Below, one piece after another: positions 39,323-46,739 of a stretch of DNA of 46,739 nt. The stretch comes from a virus. The stretch lies in the IMG/VR virus record IMGVR_UViG_3300002132_000029. One strand, written 5' to 3'. Position 1 is the stretch's first letter; each line of letters starts with the position of its first letter. A program made the position numbers and the translations under genes. Under the pieces are notes generated by a model that was given only the letters and a program-made list of their open reading frames with translations, made no database searches and was not told the DNA's origin.

Positions 39323-39694
39323 ATGGCTACTCTTGCTGATCGTGTTTTTGATAATGGTTTATCCGTCCTTAGCGGAGAAGCTGACAAAATACTTATTACT
39401 TCACAACAAGCTGCGACATATGCAGAAGCTAATGCTACGTATGCACTTGGTAACCACACTTCATTAAGCATTATTGCTCCTAGTGATCGTGTTGCTGGTG
39501 GTCGTGAGGTTGTTGTTGAGGCTATCTCAGATGCCCCCGTTACAGCAGATGGTACAGCTACACACTACGCCATCGTAGACACCGTAAACTCAAGGCTGCT
39601 TGCAACAGGGTCTTTGTCTACAAGTCAGGTTGTAACTAACGGCAACACTTTTAGTCTAGGGTCGTTTACTATTGGTATCCCTGATCCTGCATAA
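39323..39694 (+). CDS. Hypothetical head-module protein
   Basis: 123-aa ORF 2 nt after the portal stop. Confidence 0.5.
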   Translation: MATLADRVFDNGLSVLSGEADKILITSQQAATYAEANATYALGNHTSLSIIAPSDRVAGGREVVVEAISDAPVTADGTATHYAIVDTVNSRLLATGSLSTSQVVTNGNTFSLGSFTIGIPDPA

Positions 39695-39709
39695 TAGGGG
39701 TCATCGAAC

Positions 39710-41038
39710 ATGGCAAGCGATTTTCCCGTTGAAGACTATGGCTTAGTCACAAGCCTACAGACTGAAAGTGAAGATTGGGGCGCTATTGCCAGTGCAACAG
39801 ATGCTCCAGCAGAAGACTACGGACTAACCAGTGGTATAATTTTACCAGATGCTAACAGTATAGTAACTGGGCCTGTTCTTATTTCCACTACTGCCCTAGC
39901 GCAAGACTACACTTTTTCCACTTCTGGTATACTAACTGGCTCTGTTGTTATCTCCACTACTACAATAGATCAGGTTCATGACCTAACAAGTAATAACATA
40001 GCTACCCTACCGCCAATTGTACCCTCAATTGCATTAATAGAAGCTGAGACAGTTGCTGCCGTTTCTATTCTTAGTGGCACACCTCTAGTTCAAAGCTCTA
40101 CTATTGGGCAAGTCCACACCTTAAACCCGTCCTCAATACAAACTCCTAGACCAGTAGTAGGCACTGCTAGTGATCCTAACCATATAATTATAATAGAGAT
40201 TGAGGAAGCACAAAGAATGTTTGGTGGTTGGCAGAGACGTACATACGAAGTTCCTGACGGACGACTAGTCCAAGGTGAACGTGAAGTATACAGCACCTAC
40301 GGCCACAGGGTTTCAATAGATGCTAAAGCTAAGTCTCTCCTAAAGTTTGGTAAGTCAGGTGATCTATCTTCTACTGCTGGACTACAGACTGTCTGGAGTG
40401 TTGATGGTAACGAAGTCTATGTTAGCACTAACCTAATTGATCGTGTTGTTTCATCCTCAACTTCAGATACACAAGAAGTTACTATTGAAGGCCATACTAT
40501 TGAGGGTGCTGGGGTAGATGCAAAGTTTACTTTTGTCGTTCAAACGGCTACCCTGAGTGGACAAACTCCAATTGCACTAACTACGCCTTTAGCTAGGGTA
40601 TCAAGAGTAAACAACAACAGTTCAACAGAGGTAGTTGGTGTTGTATCTGTTTATCAAAACTCTGCTGTTACAGGTGGTGTACCAAACGATACTACTAAAA
40701 TACACATAAACATCCCACTAGGCTTTCAGCAGTCCTTCAAGGCAGCTACAACCTTCAGTAACACAGACTATTTCTTACTAACTGGTTGTTATGGTGCTGT
40801 AAGCCAAAAGCAGACTGCCGCAGCAGACTTTTACTTAGAGCTTCGTGAAGTTGGTAAGTCCTTTAGGCAAATTGCCTGTCTTACCGCATCTTCCTCTGGT
40901 GGTTCTTTTAATATAGAGTTCGATCCAGCTATCATCATCCCAAGAAATGCTGATGTAAGAATTAGGTGTACTACAGGTACAAATAACGCTGTCGTCTTCA
41001 CTAACTTTAGAGGCTATTTAGCCAAGGTAGTTACATAA
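39710..41038 (+). CDS. Hypothetical 442-aa protein with N-terminal acidic [YW]G motifs and about 22-aa tandem repeats
   Basis: VEDYGLVTS, SEDWGAIAS and AEDYGLTSG, then the repeats TGPVLISTTALAQDYTFSTSGI / TGSVVISTTTIDQVHDLTSNNI / SGTPLVQSSTIGQVHTLNPSSI. Lies between the portal and protease genes. Confidence 0.6.
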   Translation: MASDFPVEDYGLVTSLQTESEDWGAIASATDAPAEDYGLTSGIILPDANSIVTGPVLISTTALAQDYTFSTSGILTGSVVISTTTIDQVHDLTSNNIATLPPIVPSIALIEAETVAAVSILSGTPLVQSSTIGQVHTLNPSSIQTPRPVVGTASDPNHIIIIEIEEAQRMFGGWQRRTYEVPDGRLVQGEREVYSTYGHRVSIDAKAKSLLKFGKSGDLSSTAGLQTVWSVDGNEVYVSTNLIDRVVSSSTSDTQEVTIEGHTIEGAGVDAKFTFVVQTATLSGQTPIALTTPLARVSRVNNNSSTEVVGVVSVYQNSAVTGGVPNDTTKIHINIPLGFQQSFKAATTFSNTDYFLLTGCYGAVSQKQTAAADFYLELREVGKSFRQIACLTASSSGGSFNIEFDPAIIIPRNADVRIRCTTGTNNAVVFTNFRGYLAKVVT

Positions 41039-42003
41039 TGCAAAGTGCAAAAATTGACATCCTAAAGGCTAAACTAGCTAATGATGTATTCTCCACCCAA
41101 GCTGAAGCCTACGTCCGTTCTATGGACATGGGATTTGAGGGTGCTACTCACGTTACCGAAGACCAGATGGGTCAAGCCTTCTATATGCCAGCGTCTACTC
41201 ACGAAGATTACCTAGCCTATTACGCTGGTGAGATGCCCGAAGAAGACAATATGATGGAAGATGAGGGTGAGTACACAGAAGAGCCTACAGTGGACAGAAT
41301 AGAGGCTCTACGGGCTATTGTACAAGAGCTACTAAAGGTTGATGTAGAAAAGGCCGAATATCAGGGTGAAAAAGTAATCTTGAATAAGCCTCGCCGTTTA
41401 CAAGGTCAAAGCAAGAAGTTTGAAGTCTTTGTCCAGTCTGGCGACAAAGTAAAACGAGTTACCTTCGGTGATCCAAACATGGAAATCCGTAGAGACAACC
41501 CAGAGGCTCGTGCCAATTTCCGCTCCCGCCATAGCTGTGATACAGCGAAAGATAAGACTTCTGCACGTTACTGGTCATGCCGTATGTGGGAAGCAAATAC
41601 ATCGGTGGATGAAATGACAAAGAATATTGAAGGCCAAATCCTAAAGACTGACGACGAACAACGTATCGTCTATGGTTGGGCCTCAGTCGTCACTGAGAAT
41701 GGTGTCCCAGTTGTGGATCGTCAAGGTGATGTAATCGAACCTGACACCTTAGTTAAGGCTGTCAACGAATTTATGGAACACGTGCGAGTTGGTAAGACTA
41801 TGCACTCAGGTGATCAAACGGGTATGGTTATCCACTCGCTCCCTGTCACAAAAGAGATTTGTGAGTCCCTTGGAATCCAGTGCAACCGTGAAGGATGGAT
41901 TGTCGCATACAAAGTGTATGATGATGCTGTCTGGGCTATGGTTAAGTCTGGCGAATTAGCGGCCTTCAGCATTGGTGGTCGTGCGGTGAAGGAGGAATAC
42001 TGA
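41038..42003 (+). CDS. Prohead protease (XkdF-like peptidase domain) fused to N-terminal conserved domains
   Basis: The C-terminal ILKTDDEQRIVYGWASVV...VDRQGDVIEPDTL..AVNEFM...HSGD...SIGGRA is XkdF-like. The central part is KKFEVFVQSGDKVKRVTFGDPNMEIRRDNPEARANFRSRHSC...ARYWSCRMW. Confidence 0.65.
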   Translation: MQSAKIDILKAKLANDVFSTQAEAYVRSMDMGFEGATHVTEDQMGQAFYMPASTHEDYLAYYAGEMPEEDNMMEDEGEYTEEPTVDRIEALRAIVQELLKVDVEKAEYQGEKVILNKPRRLQGQSKKFEVFVQSGDKVKRVTFGDPNMEIRRDNPEARANFRSRHSCDTAKDKTSARYWSCRMWEANTSVDEMTKNIEGQILKTDDEQRIVYGWASVVTENGVPVVDRQGDVIEPDTLVKAVNEFMEHVRVGKTMHSGDQTGMVIHSLPVTKEICESLGIQCNREGWIVAYKVYDDAVWAMVKSGELAAFSIGGRAVKEEY

Positions 42004-42710
42004 TGCCGAACCTTCTTAAACAGCTTGAACTTGAAGAACTTTCGCTAGTGGATCGGCCAGCCAATGCACAAGCTATGGTTACTCTTTTTAAGCGTGACAA
42101 CTCTGTGAAAGAGGAAACTATGACTGAAGAAACAAACATGGAAGTCGAAATGGTAGAAAAAGCCGATTTTGACGCACTAAAGTTGCAAAACGAAAGTCTC
42201 CGCAAGGCCCTTATTGAGAATGGCTTTGTTATTACTGCTGAAGCTATCGAAAAGAAAGCACCAGAAGAGTTTATCGAAGTAGAAGGTGAGTCAGTTAATA
42301 AAGCTGATATTCCTGCTGTTATCCTTAAGGCTCTGGAAGCTGCTGATCAAGCTAAAATCCAGCATGAAATCGAAAAAGCTGACATGGCACTTACAAAGAA
42401 GGCTGAAGAAATCCTTCCGCACTTTGCTGCTGATGTCGCTAAGTCCTTGCTGAAGTCTTTTGCGGAAGATGAAGTAACAATGGAAGCTCTAAAAGCTGCT
42501 GATAAAGCGTTTGAAGCTGCTATGCAAGAGTTTGGTAAGTCTGATGCTGATGGGGACTTCCTATCCGCCACTGATAAACTAGACGCTTTAGTAAAGTCCT
42601 ACATGGACACTAACCAACTGAAAAAGAGTGACTACGCTAAAGCCTATGCTGTCGTAGCTAAGACCCAAGAGGGTAAAGCTCTTATCAACAAAACCTATAA
42701 AGGGGAATAA
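42003..42710 (+). CDS. Scaffolding protein
   Basis: 235 aa, highly helical Ala/Glu/Lys-rich. Lies between the protease and decoration/capsid genes, with an ATGA overlap. Confidence 0.65.
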   Translation: MPNLLKQLELEELSLVDRPANAQAMVTLFKRDNSVKEETMTEETNMEVEMVEKADFDALKLQNESLRKALIENGFVITAEAIEKKAPEEFIEVEGESVNKADIPAVILKALEAADQAKIQHEIEKADMALTKKAEEILPHFAADVAKSLLKSFAEDEVTMEALKAADKAFEAAMQEFGKSDADGDFLSATDKLDALVKSYMDTNQLKKSDYAKAYAVVAKTQEGKALINKTYKGE

Positions 42711-42712
42711 CT

Positions 42713-43084
42713 ATGGCTGTTATGCAATCTCGTGATAACCGCACAGAAATCGCTGGTACTGGCGGTACTACACAATTTAAATTCGTAACTCTTGATGCGG
42801 GTGGTCTTGTTACCATCGCTGGTTCTGCTGGTGAGCAAGCATACGGTGTCGCTTTGACAACTGTAGCTGCTGCTGCTGCAACCACTATCTGTGTATCAGG
42901 TAAAGTTACTGTAACCGCAGGTGGCACTGTTGCCGCTGGTGACGCAGTTCAAACCGATGCCGCTGGTGATGCTATCACTGCCGCTGCTGGTGATGTTGTT
43001 ATGGGTTATGCCAAGGAAGCTGGAGTTGACGGTCAAGTGATCGCAATTGAGCTTATCCAAGGCGGTAACGTAGTACCAGCATAA
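42713..43084 (+). CDS. Head decoration protein (DUF2190-like)
   Basis: 123 aa, Gly/Ala/Val-rich beta protein (AGDAVQTDAAGDAITAAAGDVVMGYAKEAG) immediately upstream of the capsid gene. Confidence 0.6.
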   Translation: MAVMQSRDNRTEIAGTGGTTQFKFVTLDAGGLVTIAGSAGEQAYGVALTTVAAAAATTICVSGKVTVTAGGTVAAGDAVQTDAAGDAITAAAGDVVMGYAKEAGVDGQVIAIELIQGGNVVPA

Positions 43085-43108
43085 CCAATTTTATAAAGGA
43101 ATAACATA

Positions 43109-44089
43109 ATGGCTCTTTTGACCCCATCAAGTGTGCATATCGACCAGCCGCTAACTAACCTTACGCTGGCCTATGTACAATCACAAGAAAACTTTATTGC
43201 TGACAAGGTATTCCCTACCGTTGGCGTAGCTAAACAATCTGACAAGTACTACATCTATGACCGTGCGAGTATGAACCGTTCGGGCGATGTTAAGAAACTT
43301 GCTCCACGTACTGAAGTTGACCGTATCGGTCTAGCTTTGTCGAACTCTTCCTACTTTGCTGACGTATATGGCTTGGGTATGGACTTTGATGAGCAAACTT
43401 TGGCTAACGAAGATGCAGCCTTGGAAATCCGTGCTGCTGGCGCTCAAACACTTGTCAACCGTATCCTGATTGACCGTGAAGAGAAGTTCGCTTCGACATT
43501 CTTCGCTGCTGGTGTGTGGACAGGTCAATCGACCCCCGCTAACCTATGGTCAGACTACACAAACTCAACACCAATCACAGACGTAACAACTGCTCGTCGT
43601 GCGATGCAATTGACCTCTGGTGGTTACAAGCCAAACACTATGGTTGTTGGTAAAGAAGTCCGTGACATCTTGATCAATCACCCAGACATCTTGGCTCGTC
43701 TAAACGGTGGTGCTACTGTTTCGAACACAGCTTTGGTTACTAACGCCAAACTAGCTGAAATCTTCGAAGTAGAAAACTTCTTCGTTATGGAAGCTGTCAA
43801 AAACTCTGGCGCTGAAGGTCTTGCTGAAAGCAACGCATTCATCGGTGGTAAACACGCTCTCTTGACACACACTCCTTCGACTGCTGGTCTTATGACCCCT
43901 GCTGCTGGTTTGACCTTCGCATGGAACAGCATCTCAGGCGTGAATAACTTGGGTGTTTCCATTGAATCGTTCTCTGACGATGCTTTGAAGCGTATGCAAG
44001 TTGCTGAGCATATCCAAGCTAAAATGGCATACGACATGAAAGTTGTCGGCGCTGACTTGGGTTACTTCTTCAACACTTGTGTTGCTTAA
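43109..44089 (+). CDS. Major capsid protein (HK97 fold, lambda gpE-like group)
   Basis: 326 aa. AAAGGA RBS. FIADKVFPTVGV..SDKYYIYD N-terminal pattern. Preceded by decoration/scaffold genes and followed by a GC stem-loop. Strong codon bias (CGT, GGT, GCT). Confidence 0.8.
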   Translation: MALLTPSSVHIDQPLTNLTLAYVQSQENFIADKVFPTVGVAKQSDKYYIYDRASMNRSGDVKKLAPRTEVDRIGLALSNSSYFADVYGLGMDFDEQTLANEDAALEIRAAGAQTLVNRILIDREEKFASTFFAAGVWTGQSTPANLWSDYTNSTPITDVTTARRAMQLTSGGYKPNTMVVGKEVRDILINHPDILARLNGGATVSNTALVTNAKLAEIFEVENFFVMEAVKNSGAEGLAESNAFIGGKHALLTHTPSTAGLMTPAAGLTFAWNSISGVNNLGVSIESFSDDALKRMQVAEHIQAKMAYDMKVVGADLGYFFNTCVA

Positions 44090-44097
44090 TTAATCAG

Positions 44098-44121
44098 GGT
44101 GGGGTGCTTAGGTTCCCCACC
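44098..44121 (+). promoter_or_regulatory. Stem-loop after the capsid gene
   Basis: GGTGGGG 44098-44104 pairs with CCCCACC 44115-44121. There is no clear U-tract, so it may be a stabiliser or partial terminator. Confidence 0.4.
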
Positions 44122-44148
44122 TAACTTAAATAAAGGACATTCCCGACA

Positions 44149-44580
44149 ATGTTACATCCTAATTATCTTGGTTGGCAATTAGATTGGCCAGTCTTTATTA
44201 AAAGACCCTTCGACTCTAACGGACGTACTCTAAAAGCTGGTGAACACTTTAACTGGCGTGGATTGAATGTCTCAGAGGAAGCCGTAGCAAGACTATATTC
44301 CGTTGGTATGGTCTACCACAACAAGACCCTTGAGAAAGAAACTAAAGTTGGTGACAGATTAGAAGAGCTACAAGGCCCTAAGCTGGAACTACTCGTATCT
44401 AGAATGAACCAAGAAGTTAAAAGTCGAACTAACTCAACTACAGAGTTCACCTCTAAGCGTTGCAAGCAATCTAAGATCGACCCTAAGCAACGTGGCATGA
44501 TACGAAGTTTTCTACGTAATAATCGTTGGATCGAAGACCTGTTCTTTGAGATTAGAGACGACATCCTAAACAAAGAGTGA
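44149..44580 (+). CDS. Hypothetical protein
   Basis: 143-aa ORF between the capsid and connector genes. Confidence 0.5.
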   Translation: MLHPNYLGWQLDWPVFIKRPFDSNGRTLKAGEHFNWRGLNVSEEAVARLYSVGMVYHNKTLEKETKVGDRLEELQGPKLELLVSRMNQEVKSRTNSTTEFTSKRCKQSKIDPKQRGMIRSFLRNNRWIEDLFFEIRDDILNKE

Positions 44581-44587
44581 GATAGAT

Positions 44588-45043
44588 ATGTCTTGGAGCT
44601 ATGACGCTACTAACTTAACCACCAATACAGATGCTGGTCGTCTAAACTCCGTTCGTCTTCTTCTTGGTGATACTGATACGAGTGATCAGCAACTTCAAGA
44701 CGAGGAAATTACATTCTCTTTGGCTCAAGCCAATAATAACATCTATTTCTCTGCTGCTTGGTCAGCTAAGAACATAGCCTCATTATACGCACGTAGGGTA
44801 ACAACTGACCTTAGCGGTGCATTAAGTGCTAACTATTCTGATCTCATCAAACACTACACAGCACTATCTGAGAACCTAGAGTATCAAGGTAAGAAAGCTG
44901 GTGCTGTCATTGGTGTTAAAGCTGGTGGCCTTACTATCTCACAAGTTGAAGCTGTAAGAGCTAATACTAACCGTATAGATGGTAGCTTCCGTAGAGATCA
45001 ATTCCACAACCCACCAAGCTATTCCACACCTGAATACGAATAG
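44588..45043 (+). CDS. Head-tail connector / adaptor protein (putative)
   Basis: 151 aa. Assigned by position in the neck module only. Confidence 0.45.
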   Translation: MSWSYDATNLTTNTDAGRLNSVRLLLGDTDTSDQQLQDEEITFSLAQANNNIYFSAAWSAKNIASLYARRVTTDLSGALSANYSDLIKHYTALSENLEYQGKKAGAVIGVKAGGLTISQVEAVRANTNRIDGSFRRDQFHNPPSYSTPEYE

Positions 45044-45055
45044 GGGGAGCTTGTA

Positions 45056-45421
45056 ATGTCGTTTAGGTCTTACGATCTCATTAGACTTGTCAAAGAACAT
45101 GGACAGGTTCTAACCCTAAGAAAGCCCTCTGCTGGAACTTATGATCCAGCTACAGGGACTATTACAGGCTCGACTAATACAGACACTGCGTTTAAAGGTT
45201 ATCCGTATAACTACGTCCTAGACCAGATTGATGGTACAATCATTAAATCAGGTGATCTTAGGGTTGTTGTCCCACCTTACGACACAAGTGATGTTGCACT
45301 ATCTGAACCTGAGTCAAGTGATCTTATCCTTGGTCTTGGTGACACAGTACAAGTTATAAGTGTTCAAACTGTATTTTCCGCTGGTGCTGTCATGTGTTAC
45401 CTATGTCAAGTTAGGGAATAA
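45056..45421 (+). CDS. Head closure / neck protein (putative)
   Basis: 121 aa. Assigned by position in the neck module only. Confidence 0.4.
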   Translation: MSFRSYDLIRLVKEHGQVLTLRKPSAGTYDPATGTITGSTNTDTAFKGYPYNYVLDQIDGTIIKSGDLRVVVPPYDTSDVALSEPESSDLILGLGDTVQVISVQTVFSAGAVMCYLCQVRE

Positions 45422-45422
45422 C

Positions 45423-45857
45423 ATGGCTAAACAGACTACATTCCCAAAACCCTTCGCAAAGAATATTGCTGATAAACTTCATAAAGCAGTTAATACTCAG
45501 TTAGAGGTAAAAGCAACTGATATAGCACAAGATGCTATTATGTTGTCCCCAATCTATAGTGGGGCGTATGTAAAGTCTTTTTCACTTAAAGCTAATAACA
45601 CTTCTTCTCGTGGTAGAGGCCAAACAGCAACCTCTGAAATGGGCAACAAGTCTGGTTCACCAGAGTCTGAAAGGTCTACAGGGTTATCAAACCTCTATGA
45701 AGACATCTCTGCTATATTCTCTAACCCAGACGTTGAAATTAAGACTTTGACACTCAGGAATGATTCTCCTCATGCTAGACTTGTTGAGGACGGGCCAATT
45801 AAAACACATCCAAATGGTGCTAAAGTGTTTGCTCAGATAAGGAATAAACATGGCTAG
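45423..45857 (+). CDS. Tail completion protein (HK97 gp10-like, putative)
   Basis: ATG 45423 lies 1 nt after the upstream stop. The track start 45360 lies inside the previous gene. 144 aa. Confidence 0.45.
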   Translation: MAKQTTFPKPFAKNIADKLHKAVNTQLEVKATDIAQDAIMLSPIYSGAYVKSFSLKANNTSSRGRGQTATSEMGNKSGSPESERSTGLSNLYEDISAIFSNPDVEIKTLTLRNDSPHARLVEDGPIKTHPNGAKVFAQIRNKHG

Positions 45858-46275
45858 TATCTATAACGATATACGGGCTGCTTTAGAGAGCCATCTTAAT
45901 GCTACGGCGGGTGTCCCTTTAATAGCCTATGAGAACGTCTCATTTAGCCCTCAGACAGGCTCTAACTACATTCGGGTGTCCCTTATCCCAACACTTCGTA
46001 GACCCGCTGTACGGGGCTTAAATCCACAGCAGAGATACCAAGGTATTTTTGCAGTTACTTGCGCTGCTCCAGAGGGCAAAGGCCCCGCTGCTGCTGATGA
46101 CTTAGCTAATCTAGTTATCTCAGCTTTTGAAGCTACTTCGTCAATCTCTTTTACTAATGCTGAAGAAGAGACAATCATTGTATCTATAGACTACGCTGAA
46201 AGACAGCAAGGCTTCCTAGATACGCCATTTTATTATGTACCAGTGAATATTGGCTGGTATATTTACGCAAACTAG
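45850..46275 (+). CDS. Tail terminator protein (putative)
   Basis: 141 aa, immediately upstream of the tail tube gene, with an overlapping start. Confidence 0.5.
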   Translation: MASIYNDIRAALESHLNATAGVPLIAYENVSFSPQTGSNYIRVSLIPTLRRPAVRGLNPQQRYQGIFAVTCAAPEGKGPAAADDLANLVISAFEATSSISFTNAEEETIIVSIDYAERQQGFLDTPFYYVPVNIGWYIYAN

Positions 46276-46287
46276 GAGAATACAATC

Positions 46288-46739
46288 ATGGCATTTGCTC
46301 AGGGCAGTCGTTCTAGCCTATCCTACATCGTAGAGTCTACCTTTGGTACAACGCCAGCGGGTAACTTCACAAACCTTCCATTCAGCACACACTCGCTGAA
46401 CCTAACTAAAGATCGTGTAACTGGCACAGACATTCAGGCTGACCGTATGCCTCGTGTTGACCGTCATGGTAACCGTCAAGTTGCTGGTGACATCGTAGCT
46501 GACCTTCGTAAGGGCGACTATGATCCCTTCCTTGAAGCTGCTATGCTTAGTGCTTGGTCAACAAACGTTCTTAAAGTTGGTACAACACCAAAGTTCTTCT
46601 CGCTAGAAGACTACGCTGCTGATATCGACCAAGCTCGTTTGTTCACAGGTATGACAGTTTCTACTATGGGTATCTCTCTTGCCCCTAACCAGATGGTAAC
46701 GACTACCTTTGGTATGGTTGGTAAAGATATGACCATCGG
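46288..46739 (+). CDS. Major tail (tube) protein, N-terminal part (continues at base 360 of the window via the terminal repeat)
   Basis: ATG 46288 with AGGAGA RBS. MAFAQGSRSSLSYIVESTFGTTPAGNFTNLPFSTHSLNL... runs into the 359-bp repeat in frame. Confidence 0.75.
   Translation, partial: MAFAQGSRSSLSYIVESTFGTTPAGNFTNLPFSTHSLNLTKDRVTGTDIQADRMPRVDRHGNRQVAGDIVADLRKGDYDPFLEAAMLSAWSTNVLKVGTTPKFFSLEDYAADIDQARLFTGMTVSTMGISLAPNQMVTTTFGMVGKDMTI
46381..46739. repeat. Right copy of exact 359-bp terminal duplication (identical to 1..359)
   Basis: Same as left copy. Confidence 0.95.

Noticed and set aside
1-46739. Lysogeny module (integrase, CI-like repressor, attP)
   Set aside because: No ORF shows tyrosine- or serine-recombinase motifs or a CI/Cro-type HTH pair. 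The repeat arrays at 32.6-33.4 kb are next to early promoters rather than an integrase. The phage is probably virulent, although absence cannot be proven by eye.

Overview
The window is essentially one complete, circularly permuted tailed-phage genome with siphovirus-type architecture. Bases 1..359 are repeated exactly at 46381..46739, and the repeat falls inside the major tail protein gene, so the unique genome is 46,380 bp. I saw no tRNA, rRNA, CRISPR array, integrase or repressor.

There are three transcription blocks:
1. A long rightward late block: terS 36173, terL, portal, protease, scaffold, decoration, capsid and neck. It wraps through the window end into the tail tube, G/GT chaperones, tape measure, a GTA-like distal tail module, a 1413-aa J-like protein, a 999-aa fibre and a lysis cassette. 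It ends at a bidirectional terminator near 17.1 kb.
2. A leftward early/middle block, 32.9 to 17.1 kb: small ORFans, SleB-like hydrolase, HNH-AP2 endonuclease, ThyX and a sigma-70-family factor. These are followed by T7-like primase-helicase, family A DNA polymerase, SSB-like protein, 5'-3' exonuclease and a clear T7 endonuclease I homologue. The block ends with a methyltransferase, MazG, DUF1127, class II RNR and PhoH.
3. A short rightward cassette, 33392..35256, with codon habits unlike the rest of the genome. It is embedded in about 1.3 kb of repeat-rich non-coding DNA.

Most noteworthy observations:
- A roughly 35-bp promoter-like motif (TGTCTAA-N6-AAAAAATATCCCTA) occurs three times. Each copy is intergenic and points at the downstream genes (primase, SSB, terS). 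Together with the phage sigma gene this suggests a phage-specific transcription cascade.
- Dense iteron/palindrome arrays lie at 32476..32920.
- The compositionally foreign early cassette encodes a Cys-cluster protein of unknown function.
- A 530-bp non-coding stretch carries 24-bp direct repeats, and a 340-nt terS leader is full of ACTTAAGTA / TACTAGT palindromes.
- A lysis-cassette membrane protein has a full-consensus EF-hand loop.
- The J-like protein ends in about 44 decapeptide repeats that include a perfect 120-bp x2.5 tandem.
- An acidic E-[ED]-[YW]-G-L motif is shared by the J-like protein and a 442-aa head-module protein.

All family assignments are by eye from motifs. No database search was run.
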